A stretch of 64,000 nucleotides of DNA from positions 16,086,156 through 16,150,155 of the forward strand of contig NC_068982.1 of the NCBI RefSeq assembly GCF_001194135.2, written 5' to 3'. This document shows positions 10,961-24,503 of the stretch, in pieces; within the stretch, counting starts at the first letter, position 1, and each line of letters begins with the position of its first letter. The stretch is from Octopus bimaculoides. Taxonomy: Eukaryota. The position numbers and the translations under genes are program-made. The notes beneath the pieces are model-generated. The model saw only the letters and a program-made list of their open reading frames with translations, was not told the DNA's origin and did not search any database.

Positions 10961-12439
10961 CAAAATACTTAATGGAACTTTTGTCCCGGTCATGTCTTTT
11001 GCAGTGCAAGAAATCAATACTGAGAAATAAAAAAAAAAGAAAGAAAAAAAAGGATGGTGGCTTAGTGGAAGAAGTAGACCAGTCTTACGTATACAGAAGG
11101 ACAAACATAGCCATGGCTTGAATGGAATTCTTCTGATGCATAGTCATGTTTTGCAGTATTTGCTGGCGTCTCTTTACATTCTGAGTTAGAAGCCTACGAA
11201 GGTCAATTTTGTCATTCATCTTTGAAGCGTCGATGAGTCTCTATAATCGATTTATTTTCTGCTTCACCCCAATGTATGCCAGTGTGCCTCTGTTAGAAAC
11301 CAATCATGAAAAACATGTGAAGATTTTTCATCTTCCTTTTTTCGGTATTTTCCTTTCATATCTTTTTCATCTGCTCTCTAAATTATCTTTTCTTTCTTCT
11401 CTAGCTTTCTGTCTCTTAATTCTCTCTCCCTATCTTTCGCTCTCCATCTACCTATCTATCTATCTATCTATCTCCCTTTCTATCTATCTATCTACCTATC
11501 TATCTTGATGTTCAATTTATGTAAAATTCAATGTTTGATAAATTAGCATTTGGAAACAAATGAAGATTATCACGATCAAATTTGTCCATTCACTCTAAAA
11601 TAAATATTAACAACCCTGCAGTTGAATCCCTAATTTATTTAGCTAATTACCTTAATTGTGCTTCGTTCAACAAGCTACTGGCGTAATTCCTGTACAAAAC
11701 ATTTACAAAATTTGGAATTTTTTTTCTTCTATTAGAATTACCCTTTTCAAGAAGACTGTAAAGAAGAAAAAGAAAAGAAAGAGATAAAACAAGGGAAAAT
11801 GAAAATCGTCATGTATAGTGTTAAATATGCAAATATTTGCCAGAGAAACTACTTAAAATTACTTTTCTCGACAGCTGAAGTCCTTTGTGGTACTTAAAAA
11901 TAAGATAATATCGGTTTTTATTAACGCTGTAAATAATCTCTAAAATATGCTATAACATTTTGAATTTTAAGTATTATACCGTGAAGAGGATTATAATATA
12001 ATTTCATTTTTATATTCATAACAAATGCTTATTGACAGAAGGTCGCCATCGTCCAAATTTCCTTCCTGAATATATATATTTTTTAACATGGAAATTTAAA
12101 TGATGACGTAAATAAGTCAAGATTATTACTTGTTCACAGTTTCCTACGCTGCCGCCTTATTTGACATTGGAGTCGTACATCTTACATCCTATATCGTACA
12201 TACCTCCCAAAACAATTTTAAGTACTTCATATTTACAACTTTATCCTTCTTTGAACTTCATGCACAGCGTTCCAAAATTGTTCCTTTCACGAAACTCATC
12301 CTTCTAAAAACCGCATCTAGTGCATACGCTACCTCTTCTCATTTCATCTAACAATAGTTTCCGTAAATGGACAACAGCATTGTGTGTGCTTTTTTATTAC
12401 TGGGGGAGTGAAAACTCTTTCTGGTATTTTATTGCATCA

Positions 12440-14775
12440 GTTTGTTGTTGTTGTTGTTGTTGTTGTTATGGGGTTTGGGTGTAGTCTTTTGTTGTATTAG
12501 TGTTTGTATTGTGTGTTGTGTGAGTAATGCGAGTGGCGTTCTTCTGCTGGGTATCCGGCCTGTAGAGTACATGTTGTGGTTGTCTGTTTTATTGAATATT
12601 TACTGTATAGGGAATGGAGGCGCAATGGCCCAGTGGTTAGGGCAGCGGACTCGAGGTCATAGGATCGCAGTTTCGATTCCCAGACCGGGCGTTGTGAGTG
12701 TTTGAGCGAAAACACCTAAAGCTCCGCGAGGCTCTGGCAGGAGATGGTGGCGAACCCTGCTGTACTCTTTCACCACAATTTTCTCTCACTCTTTCTTCCT
12801 GTTTCTGTTGTGCCTGTAATTCAACGGGTCAGCCTTGTCACACTGTGTCACTCTGAATATCCCCGAGAACTACGTTAAGAGCACACGTGTCTGTGGAGTG
12901 CTCAGCCACTTGCACGTTAATTTCACGAGCAGGCTGTTCCGTTGATCGGATCAACTAGAACCCTCGACGTCGTAAGCGACGGAGTGCCAACAACAACAAC
13001 AACTGTATAGGGTGTGTCTGTGTTTGTGGATTGTTTTGTTTAAGATGTATTATTGAATTGACAGGGTCATGCGTAGGCAGGGGTATTTTGGGGATAGTAT
13101 GTAGTACTGAGGGTCCAGGTATATCTGATTTTGTTCATATGTTTATTTTATCGCACCACTGCTCCGATTATTACTGGTATTGTTTTCAACTTCATGCCCC
13201 ACATCTTGAATACTTCAATTTCGAGGTTTTTGTGCTTTGACAATTTCTCCACTTCTTTGGGGACAACATTTGGTTCAGAAGGGACTGCAATATCTATCAG
13301 TAAGCAGGTATCTTTTTTTACAGTCCGTGATTATTATGTCTGAGCGATTAGTTTTGATTTCTTTGTCAGTTTGAACAGGCATATCTCAGATTATTGTGGC
13401 CTGATCATTGTCGTGTATCTTGTTTCGCACATATTTATACCATTTCGTGTTAGTTTTTATGTTAGGTTGGCATATTGTCATGTCTGTAGATATATTTTAA
13501 GATTTATTACTTTGTACTTTTTTGATATTTATTAATTATAGGTATTTTAGTGTATTTACTTGTTAAATTTTTCTATATGTGATTGTGGATTTTCATGGAT
13601 GAATTCAATAATTGTGGGTTTTTTTCTCTAAATTATATATTGTGAAATTTAATTTAATTTTAATAAATTAAATTAAATTGAATTTTTCCTGTAAATTTGG
13701 ATTTTTATCCTAAATATTGTTATCNNNNNNNNNNNNNNNNNNNNNNNNNNNNNNNNNNNNNNNNNNNNNNNNNNNNNNNNNNNNNNNNNNNNNNNNNNNN
13801 NNNNNNNNNNNNNNNNNNNNNNNNNNNNNNNNNNNNNNNNNNNNNNNNNNNNNTATATATATATATATATATATATTCAGATTTGGCAAAGACTGGGCAG
13901 CCAGAGGTAATGTAGTCAACAGTCTCATTGTGTTGGTTACACATTCTACATTTGGTGTTCGGGCCCGTTTCCATTATTTTGCTTTTGTAGTTGTTTGTGG
14001 TCAAGCATTGGTCTTGTACAGCGGAATTCCATTTTTGCTTTTAGTCCAGAGTTTTTGGGTCATCGTTGGCTTTTACTTAGGCTCACTTTTTTCTCTCGAG
14101 TTTTGCAGAGTCCATAGAGTGATTTTTCTCTCCATTTTTTCTTTGGGATGTTTTGTAGTTTTGTTTTCATGTTTCATTTCTTTTCTTTTTTTTTACTTTT
14201 TACTTTTTGACCATTTCTGCTATGTCGTCTGAGATTAGTGTATCAGTGTAGTTTTGTATTTTCTCGCCTGCTTACGTATAGACAAAAGAGTTTTCGTTTG
14301 CTCGTGTTACTTTATTACAATTGGCAGTCTTCCACTCTTTGTTTCTAACTACTCTTTTAGTCCAACTAGATATTTGTATGGGCGATTGTTGTCTAATTTT
14401 CTTATTTCTATGTCGCGTGCAGTGTTTTCAGTGCTGAACAATTTGCCTTTTCTCAACGTCTGTTTGGCACATTTGTGTAACCAAGATTGTTAGTGGAGGA
14501 CAGAGAAAGGCAGAAAAGCAAATGCGATAGCAAGTCACCTTGGAAAATTCCTCTTCTTATGAGTATATGGCAGGATTTAATGACCTGTGATTCATTATTT
14601 AATGTTATACTGGTTTTCCCGTTTGCCATTTCACGGCTGATATATTTTAGTAGTGTTGGAGCTACTTTATTTGTGTGAAGAGATTCTATTATCCATGCGT
14701 GAGGAACACTGTTGAATGCTTTCTGGTAATGAATCCAAGTCATATTGGGATTTGTCTTTCTCTTTTAACAGTCCT
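12440..14775 (-). mobile_element. R4/Dong-like RLE non-LTR retrotransposon, 3' half, decayed
   Basis: RT motifs WIHYQKAFNSVPH and GIFQGDLLSHLLFCLS (14453-14743); zinc motif CRMCNQHNETVDYITSGCP (about 13.9-14.0 kb); RLE region I*DMPVQTDKEIKTNRSDIII (about 13330-13390); (AAC)n tail near 12445; interrupted by a SINE and a gap. Confidence 0.85.
12613..13001 (+). mobile_element. SINE family B with 11-bp TSD, inserted in the R4-like 3' end
   Basis: TSD actgtataggg at 12602-12612 and 13002-13012; (caa)n tail. Confidence 0.92.
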
Positions 14776-14819
14776 CTTATTATTAGTATTATTATTATTA
14801 TTATTATATTATTGTTTCT

Positions 14820-15030
14820 TTAGCACGCCGGGCAAAATGCTTCGCCGTATTTCATCCGTCTTTACGTTCCGAGTTCAAATTTCGCCAAGGTCGACTTCAC
14901 TTTTCATTCTTTCGGGATCGATAAATTAAGTACCAGTGAAACACTGAGGTCGGTGTAATCGATTAGTCCTCTCCCAAAATTTCAGGCTTTGTGTCTTTAG
15001 TAGGAAGGGATTATTATTATTATCATTATT
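14820..15030 (+). mobile_element. SINE family C, 5'-truncated
   Basis: ttagcacgccgggcaaaatgc...gagttcaaattt...(att)n tail. Confidence 0.8.
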
Positions 15031-15176
15031 ATTATTATTAGTTCATATACGTTCAACAAATTAGACTGCTGAAAAAGAAAAACTTCCTAACATCGGGCTA
15101 CAACAAGTAACTTCAGATGCCAAGAACCTTTCTAAGTATCCTAGCTCTCCTTAATAATACTGCTAGGATACTTAGA
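15010..15176 (-). mobile_element. Short 3' end of an R4-like element with a local inverted duplication
   Basis: Minus strand reads ARILRKVLGI* followed by a UTR and an (aat)n tail; 15-bp inverted repeat at 15131-15145 / 15162-15176. Confidence 0.45.
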
Positions 15177-17090
15177 GGGTTATTATAATGCGTTAAAACA
15201 CACAGCTTATTTTGTTGGGTATGATGGAAAGTGTCAGCTGTCCACAGCCAGCAGACTAAGGTGACACTTGTTTACTGGTCTTGCTTCAAGAACCTTGCGA
15301 AGAATTCTTGCAGTTCCAGAAATATGAAGAATTCTTGCAATTATTATTCTTGTTGTCATTTACTTTTAATCAGCAAGTTTGTTCCAATCACTCGCCGAGA
15401 CATACCCAGCATCCTAGGGCCAGTGAAGGATAAGATGCTACAGTATGGCTGTAATCCTGGTGAGAGGAAGTGACTGGGGAAGTAGCGAGATATCTCCATA
15501 TTATACAACACATACATTTAAATTGATAGGGTTTTTTTGTAAGGATGTGGGCAGTACTTGTCAGTAAAATCTTGGATTTCTCTGAGACATGGTTCTCCTG
15601 GAATCTTATCTAGATGTTTGACATCCCTTTTTTATCATACATAGGGCATCTACAATAACAGGAACAGTTCTCGTTTATTATTGTTACCATCATTGTTTAG
15701 GTCTAGTGTTCATTCGATTTTTCCTAGCTGCTAAGTTCCGGGTACGTATTCAAACACCGGATGTCAGCTGTATTACGTGAAGTCAAGTGACGGAAAGAGG
15801 TAAACTGAAAAACACAGACAGTGTCACACACACGTGCTTGCGTACACACACACACACACACACGTGTGTGTGTACTTTCTGCTCAGTTACTCCCTTGCCA
15901 GGTTCACTCACGGGGCATTGATTATCTCGGGAAAAAGCAGAACAGACTTGTCCAAGGTACCACACAATAGGACGAAACTACATGGTTTTGAAACGGACTT
16001 CTAAACCACACAGCAGCGTCTGCACCAAATATTTATGACTAAATTTTAACCATTCCAAAACCTCACCCAATTCTCTCAACTCTTTTCCTCCACCAGGGCA
16101 TTGCGGACTAACAAAGTACATTAAAGTTTGTTACAGATAGAGTTATCTAAAAAGTCCTGTTGAACTTCAAATTTTCATATTCCTTAAAACTGCTTAGTCA
16201 TCGTTTCGTTTCATCATTCCGTTTGTAGTTTTTGATCTGACTGAATACAAAGCAGCTGTCTCCAGAGAATACATTATATGGTATATTGAAGTTTTCAAAT
16301 GTATTCAATAATATTTATTGCAAATTTTAAATTTTTCTGCCTACTCAAAGCAAATAACGCCATATTTTATCTTATTATTAACTAATCTATCACTTCAACT
16401 TTAGAACTCAAGCCAAAAGATAAAATTCTTTTACCGTTTAATCTGGCATGAATTATTCATCAGTAACCGAGCCTCGTTATCTTGGTCACTTCTTTATCAA
16501 CTACTGTAGTTTCAAATTTGTGTTGTTGATTTTCATATCTGAAATATACATTACATTTAAATGTGTGTGTGTGCGTGCATTATATACATGCGTGTGTGTG
16601 TATGTATCATGTATATATGTATGTATGTGTGTGTGTGTATTTGTATATAATATGTCTCTATATATCTTCCTCATCACTGTTGTCATCCGATGTGCTTCGA
16701 AAATATCTATTCTCTCACCCGCAACTGCTCTCACTTCCTCACACACAAACACACACACAAGCCAACACGCTACAGCCTTGCTAACCAGCGCCATTATACT
16801 TACAAACTTGCAACACCGTTATACACATACACACACATACATATGCCACACAAACCCACACAAACCCACACAAGCTCCTCTTCCCTTGTGTCCGCTTCCA
16901 GACGCAGATGCACTTTTATACTAGCATCAGTATCCCCCCACCGTCACTTCCTACTTTCGTAACTGTCCGATGCAGAACCTGCTTTCAGTATTCTCACTTG
17001 GTTTCTAGCCCTTTGCCTGTATTCTTTTTTGTCTGATTATCTCCCTTTGTCACTATGCTTAACTCTTTCTTATATTATATTATATTATAT

Positions 17091-17245
17091 AGGAGTGGCT
17101 GTGTGGTAAGTAGCTTGCTTACCAACCACATGGTTCCGGGTTCAGTCCCACTGCGTGGCACCTTGGGCAAGTGGCTACTATAGCCTCGGGCCGACCAATG
17201 CCTTGTGAGTGGATTTGGTAGACGGAAACTGAAAGAAGCCCGTCG

Positions 17246-17312
<67 letters not shown>

Positions 17313-17509
17313 GTGTGTGTGTGTGTCCCCAACATCGCTTGACAACCGATGCTGGTGTGTTTACGTTCCCGTAACTTAACAGTTCGGCAAAAGGGAACCG
17401 ATAGAATAAGTACTAGGCTTACAAAGAAGTCCTGGGGTCGATTTGCTCGACTAAAGGCAGTGCTCCAGCATGGCCGCAGCCAAATGACTGAACCAAGTAA
17501 AAGAGTAAG
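17091..17509 (+). mobile_element. SINE family A, full length with internal (TA)n/(TG)n
   Basis: aggagtggctgtgtggtaagtagc head through ...gactgaaccaagtaaaagag. Confidence 0.9.
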
Positions 17510-17879
17510 CTCTGTGCAAAAGGAAACCGAACTTAGATGAGTATCACGTAAGTCTAGAGATGGGAGCGATGACCTCCCTTGCAAATGCTATATGGACACA
17601 ATCTATGTGTCGATAGCCAGCTGGAAAATATGCTTTCCTGGGGCTATAACAACAGTAACGTCCTTTATAGGACTGCCACGTTCTGTTGGCATATGAACAT
17701 TACCATTCGTAACATTATAGCAAAGACAAAAATTACACGGATGCAAACTTCTTCGTACTAATGTATTAGATCCATTGAAAAAAAATTAGAAGTGGAACAA
17801 ATGATTCAACAGTTTGAGAACTGCTACCTTAATTTTCAGAGGGAATCAGCGTTAGCCAATGTGACAAGGATGGACCTTT

Positions 17880-18040
<161 letters not shown>

Positions 18041-19040
18041 TCGATCCTAGCATTGTTCTGATACTTTATCTATTTCGAAAATATGACGAGGCAAAGTTAA
18101 TCTCAGCATGATTTGAATGCAGCAGGCAGAGCCGAAAAGAATACTGGGAAACATGCTATCCGAAGCTCTAACGGTTCTACCAATTTTAGGTCTTGCTATC
18201 TACAATTCCCCTACAAGAGTAAATCCTAAATTTACTTCGTCGTGGAGCTATTCTACGATTTCTCAAAATCACAGAATACCTACCTATATTTTACGTCTAA
18301 TCCTATCACCCAAATTTTAATAAGACATTAAATGATATAAAATTTGTTTTAGTGATAAAGTTTACTCGTGTAAAAAAAAAAACACTATCTCACGGAACTC
18401 CAGAAATTTTACTCAGAATATTGATGTTCCTGAGAACCGATTTGAGAAACAGAAATCCAAAAATCAAAGTACACTTACAAAACATATCTGAGAGAGCCAA
18501 ACTACACACAAACTCACCACTACTACAAGCACATACAAAGAAACGACAAAATTAACGTACAGACAATGAGTAGATAGACAGCCGACAACTGATGAAAGGT
18601 CGTTCTTTATGTTACTTGTCCTGTTTTCCATTTGTTTCTCTCGTTTGCGTATTGAACTCATTTGTTTTCGTATTTCATGTTTACTGTTGTTGACGCCCAT
18701 TATTTATATTATATTAGATCCGTCAGGATTTCATTAATTAATTTCTTTAAAATTGATTAATTAAAATTTAATCAATTAATCGCATCGTAGTGAAGGCTTC
18801 GATGCGTTGCGAATATGGTTTACTTTGCATCAAACTTCAGTGATAGTCATTATGATTTATGCCAATCCTTGCCGTAGCGCTCAGTCTCGTTCTCCACAGA
18901 AGTAAGAAAAAATTTCTGAATGTTTCAATAAGTCAATCAAAGCAGAAGCGATACGTAATTCTAGCAGGTTTTCCCAGATTGGTAAAAATCGATAAGCTTC
19001 GAATAATTGCAGGTTGTTGACAGTAAAGGAATGCAACCTA

Positions 19041-19422
19041 TCTTTTATCTTTTACTTGTGTTAGTCATTATGCTGTGGCCAAGCTGGAGCACCGCCTTGA
19101 AAGGTTTTTAGTCAAATAAATCGACCCCGGGACTTATTTTTATGGACTGGTATTTAGTCTGTCGGTCTGTTTCGTCGAACCAGCTGTTAAGTTATGGGGA
19201 TGTAAACAAACTAACACCGGTTGTCAAGCGATGGTGGTGGGGGACAAACACAAGGCACACACATATATGACAAGCTTCAACACAATTTCCGTCAACCAAG
19301 TTCACCCAGGGGGCGTTGGACAACCCGGAGCTATAGTAGAAAATACTTGCCCAAGATGCCACGCAATAGGATTGAACCTGAAACCACAACGACGTGGCTT
19401 TAAAGCGAACTTTCTAACCACC
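19041..19422 (-). mobile_element. SINE family A, diverged
   Basis: Reverse-complement match to the family A body and tail. Confidence 0.75.
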
Positions 19423-20219
19423 AACAATACTTGCGTCTGTATTTAAGAATATAAATTTCTTGAAATAGAAGACCACCCAAACATGTCGAAAACATAATTT
19501 GTAGTAACCTGCAACCTACGTAGCTCTCCACATTTCATGCGCAACCATTTCTAAATGCTCTGGGGTAAGTACAGCCTTCCCCATTCTACAATACCATTTC
19601 CTCCTCTCCCACAAAAGGCATGGTATTGGTAGAGTCGTTAGTGTGTTGGATATACTGCTTTGTAGTATTTGCTCCAGTTCTTTTAACTCTAGTTTCGAAT
19701 CCTGACAAGGCCAGCTTTATCTTTTGTAGTGAGACTTGAAACCGAGTTGTCGAATTACTGAAGTTAAAGTTATGACATAACAACGGTTTGTTCACGTGAG
19801 AGGCCAAGTTATTGGCCAATCAGTAGTCAGATTTCACGTGAGCGATTATTTAGATCAGTGGTTCCCAAAGGGAGTAAATACAGCATGTGAAGTGTGCCCC
19901 AACGCATGTCGGTGTGCACGATATGGTCTGGAATGGAATGAAGGAAAACAGGACCACTGAGTTACATCGAGGAAACTAGTATTGATTAGAGTGAATCAGC
20001 GTAAGCCAATGTGGCAAAGATGGACCTTTTGAATTACATGATTTACAGTATTCTAAAATAAAAGCAAATAATAAAAACTAAAAACCTAAATATGTGGAAC
20101 GGATCACGAAATTACAACAAAACGAATTCATTGCGCAGATGTAACTTATAAATTAATTATGATTTCGTGCTCCAGAATTCTGAGAATCTGAGTTGCTATT
20201 TCCACGTCTAAGATTTGGC

Positions 20220-20550
20220 TACCATTATCATCATCATCATCATCATCGATGTTGTCATCCTCCTCCTCATCATCAATGTCGTCTTTATCCTCCTCCTCAT
20301 CATCATCGTCTTTATCCTCCTCCTCATCATCATCGTCTTTATCCTCCTCCTCATCATCATCGTCTTTATCCTCCTCCTCATCATCATCGTCTTTATCCTC
20401 CTCCTCCTCCTCATCATCATCATCGATGTTGTCGTTCTCTTCCTCATCATCAATGTCGTCTTTATCATCCTCTTCCTCATCATCATGGATGTTGTCGTTC
20501 TCCTCCCCCTCATGATGATCGATGTTGTCGTCGTCGTCCTCATCATCGTC
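20220..20550. repeat. 27-bp minisatellite built from CAT/CCT triplets
   Basis: Unit catcatcatcgtctttatcctcctcct repeated several times, with degenerate flanking units. Confidence 0.9.
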
Positions 20551-21244
20551 TTTGTGTATCCTATAGACAGGAAATAATCTTAGAACGGCCCCCTTAGATA
20601 CCCATCATCCTTGACAATTTCCTCTCATATCTGCTCTTTTTTTTGTTCTTTTTTTTTTAATATTAAATATTCATTCAGCATCGTTAATCGTAATGTTTAA
20701 GTTTCTCTAGATCTTTTTGGATCATTGTCAGTCAGTTGTTTTACAACAAGCTTTTGTGTGTTTTCTTATTCTTGCAGCCGGAATTGTGTCGGTAGTTTGT
20801 TTGCCAATCTTAAATGGTGCATTCAATTCAAATAGTCTTGTCGAGCCAAGACACTGTTTATCGAATTGGCTAAAAAAAAAAATAGTCTTGATAGAAACAA
20901 GTTCGTTGACTGATCTTCTACAGAGGGTTAATCTCCTTATCTAAAATTTCAGTGAAAGTATCGCATTTTTTAAAGATTTTCAACATATCTCAATCGTTCG
21001 GGTTCTTATGCTATTTTTTTTTTTTTGTTATACAACTCAGCTAATATAAAATGGTGCTAACTGCGGAATTTGACGTGTAAAGTAATATACTTTTGCTTCT
21101 GTTCTGTACCTTAATAATACAGCAGTTTTTTTTCTTCTTCGTATCATCCAACATGCTTAAACACATTATTTTGTTCCAAACGCACTTAATCTAATCTAAC
21201 ATTGATCTAACATCATCAGTAACAAGTCATGCGCTTTTATGCTT

Positions 21245-21630
21245 TCACTTGTTTCAGTCATTTAACTGCGGCCATGCTGGAGCACTGCCTTTAGTCGAAG
21301 AAATCGACCCCCAGGTCTTATTCTTTATTAGCCTAGTACTTATTCTATCGATCGCTTTTGCCGAACCGCTAAGTTACGGGGACGTAAACACATCAACATC
21401 GGTTTTCAAGCGATGGTGGGGGACAAACACAGAAACACAAATACACACACACACACATATATTTATACAACGTGCTTCTTTCAGCTTCCGTCTATCAAAT
21501 CCACTCATTAGGCTTTAGTCGGCCCAAGGCTATAGTAGAAGACACTTGCCCAAGGTACCATGCAGTGGGACTAAACCCGGAACCATGTCGTTGGTAAGTA
21601 AGTTACTTACCACACAGCCACTCCTGCGCC
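21245..21630 (-). mobile_element. SINE family A
   Basis: Ends ...ccacacagccactcctgcgcc, the reverse complement of the family A head. Confidence 0.9.
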
Positions 21631-23637
21631 TATGTTGGTCTTATTAGTATTGATATTAAGAGATATTTCAGGGAGCTTCTTATTTTTGTCTTCAGTGTAA
21701 AAACAAATTTCACTGCCTTAAACATAAGATCTGTGGTATTTGAAATTTTGACGAAACTGCATAGAATAAAGAAAGTCTGCAGAGTTGAACGTTCTTTTCG
21801 TTATTGCATTGACAACTACGTTGAATGACAGATATGAGAAGACACAACCTTATCTGACACCTGTTAGGAAATAGCTGGATATTTAATCTGTAATTCTGAG
21901 TGCATAAGTTGGACCGCCATATACATTTTTTAATAACCGGATAGGCTAGATTGATAAGTCCTCAACCTCAAAGGATTTCCGGAGTATCGGTCTCTATATA
22001 CTATTAATTTCGGTTTCAAAGCCTCTGTTAGAAATATATGGCTGTTTGTTGTTTCGGTTTCGTTCTCCAAAAATTTGTTGAAGTGTAAAAACATGATCAT
22101 TGCAATAGTAATTTAGGTGGAAGCCTACCTTCTCCTCTCAGACTACATGTTTCCATCTTGGTTTCAAACACATTTGAAACACCTTGCTGGCAAATAACAA
22201 ACAAGTGTTAAGAGCTGGTACAAAGATTATTTTCTTCTTATTCGCGACTCATTTATTATCTATTATCAGCCAATGAGTCTAGGACGACACTTAGTGGCTC
22301 TGTAATTGAATCATCCACAACAATTAGAGATATTTTTCTTTGCTCTCACTTGTTTCCTTGAAGGCTTAGAATGACTCCACAAATACTAACAGCTATGTGA
22401 GGAGACGAATGTAGATTCAAGTATCAGCTTAGAAACGCAAGAAGCTGTCTCCGGCTTGACATGACTGTTTAACATTTCTACTAAGCTATTTCGCAAATTA
22501 TGCCACAGGCTTTGGCAGAGCACAAAGAATTGTTTCTAATGAATGATGGTAATTTGTTCTACGCTTATCGAATAATTTAATCAAAAACATTATCAATACG
22601 TATGTAACTGGGAAAAGTAAAAACAAAAAGAAAATAAATGAAATTCTCTCCCTCATAATTTGCTCTCCATATATCTGCATACGTGCAAATTGTTTCTGTA
22701 CATCCAAGGAAACATATTGATTTATAATTTTTGGCACGGGGTTACTTATCTGTTCAAAAGGATCTTAATCAACTGAATCGACTTTGCTAATGCTTATTTT
22801 ATCGATCTTGAGCGAATGAAGAACAAACTCAATCCAAACAGAAATTGAATTCAGAACGTAAAGGGATTTCACTAAACACCGCAAGATATTTAATTCAGCA
22901 TGCTTTTGTTTCTGAAACTCTACTGCTCTGTACACGAATATATACTGCAAGGCTATGTATGTCAACCTAGGTTCTACTTGACAAATGTTAGCTGTTAAAA
23001 CAACCCCATTAAAACTGATGCTAGTGATGATAGATGCTTCAACACATCTAATCTTTGATCAGCAAAACATCTTACACTTGGAAGCATACAGCTTCCCTAC
23101 ATCGTTCACTTAATCAAGTGTAAACCATGCTGGCGACAGTTAAAACATACGGAGTAATAAAAATAAGCTATTCGATAAGAATATTGCTATCTATACATCT
23201 ATATATAATCAACTAATTCTGGTTTTCACAAGTACTATTTCTTTCTTTTTAAACAACTTTGCTATGGATTTGATCTTTTCCTACTTTCTCAGAAAACTGG
23301 ATTAAATCTCCGATAATAAGAAAAACAAAAAGAATATAAAGAAAACGCTCTACGTCGACCATTTTGTTTTATTTGCTCTCAGCAGAATGAACATAGGCTC
23401 ATGTCAAGTAGAAACCAATAACTATCAAATAACTGTCCATGTTAGTTGCAGATATCAAACGCAACTGTGATTATTCTGCTATATGTCACGAACAGGCCAA
23501 ATCGTTACAAACTAATTGTTGCTTAGCCTCAGGTCAGTTGTGATCGAACAGATCAATAATCAAAAGCAATCCAGTTGTGATCATCCCATCGTTTTTGTTT
23601 TTTGCTTGTTTGTTTTTACTTCAGACATGGTGTATCT

Positions 23638-24027
23638 GTTGTTGTTGGCACTCCGTCGCTGACGGCGTCGAGGGTTCCAGTTGATCCGATCAACGGAACA
23701 GCCTGCTCATGAAATTAACGTGCAAGTGGCTGAGCACTCCACAGACACGTGTACCCTTAATGTAGTTCTCGGGGATATTCAGCGTGACACAGTGTGACAA
23801 GGCTGACCCTTTGAATTACAGGCACAACAGAAACAGGAAGTAAGAGTGAGAGAAAGTTGTGGTGAAAGAGTACAGCAGGGTTCGCCACCATCTCCTGCCG
23901 GAGCCTCGTGGAGCTTTTAGGTGTTTTCGTTCAATAAACACACACAACGCCCGGTCTGGGAATCGAAACCGCAATCCTATGACCGCGAATCCGCTGCCCT
24001 AACCACTGGGCCATTGCGCCTCCACCG
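23638..24027 (-). mobile_element. SINE family B with 10-bp TSD
   Basis: TSD tggtgtatct at 23628-23637 and 24028-24037. Confidence 0.92.
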
Positions 24028-24288
24028 TGGTGTATCTAGAACTACATTATCAAAAGAATCCTTCCTACGCTTAAAATTTGATTTAAGGTAGATATCACCG
24101 CTATTTTTGTCAGATCGTGCGATCACGTAGAGGATTTCTCGCTGACTTGTGGTTATAAACTATTTCACTGTAATCTGGCAGACGACACACAAACGCATAA
24201 CACAACATACATTATAGAATATTCAACATGGAGACGGATGGACATCTTACAGAAATGATTTTAGTTTGTTAAAACTGGTTGAATAATA

Positions 24289-24503
24289 TTGGGTTGGTAC
24301 ATAATTATTGCGGTTTTTTTTTCAACAAAAACATGTGATAAAAACATCTTTAAATGATTATTCCGGAGTATATTCACTATCTACTTCAATTACTGCTTTC
24401 CATTTGCTTGGCAGGCGGTCAGACCTTCATTTAAAGATGTTTTTGTTAGATAAAATTTGTTGAAAAAAAAAAAAAAAGCCGCAATAATTATGCACCAACC
24501 CAA
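24289..24503 (-). mobile_element. Mariner-derived MITE
   Basis: TIRs ttgggttggt(a/g)cataattattgcgg flanked by TA; internal minus-strand SDRLPSKWKAVIEVDSEYTPE* resembles the mariner transposase C-terminus. Confidence 0.85.

Noticed and set aside
18584-18620. Hammerhead-like gacaa-CTGATGA-hairpin-ttgtc
   Set aside because: Stem I/II-like pairing exists but the required GAAA and NUH are absent (atgttac instead).
20193-20597. 120-134 aa His/Pro-, Ile- or Ser-rich ORFs
   Set aside because: Open in several frames on both strands only because of triplet-based repeats.
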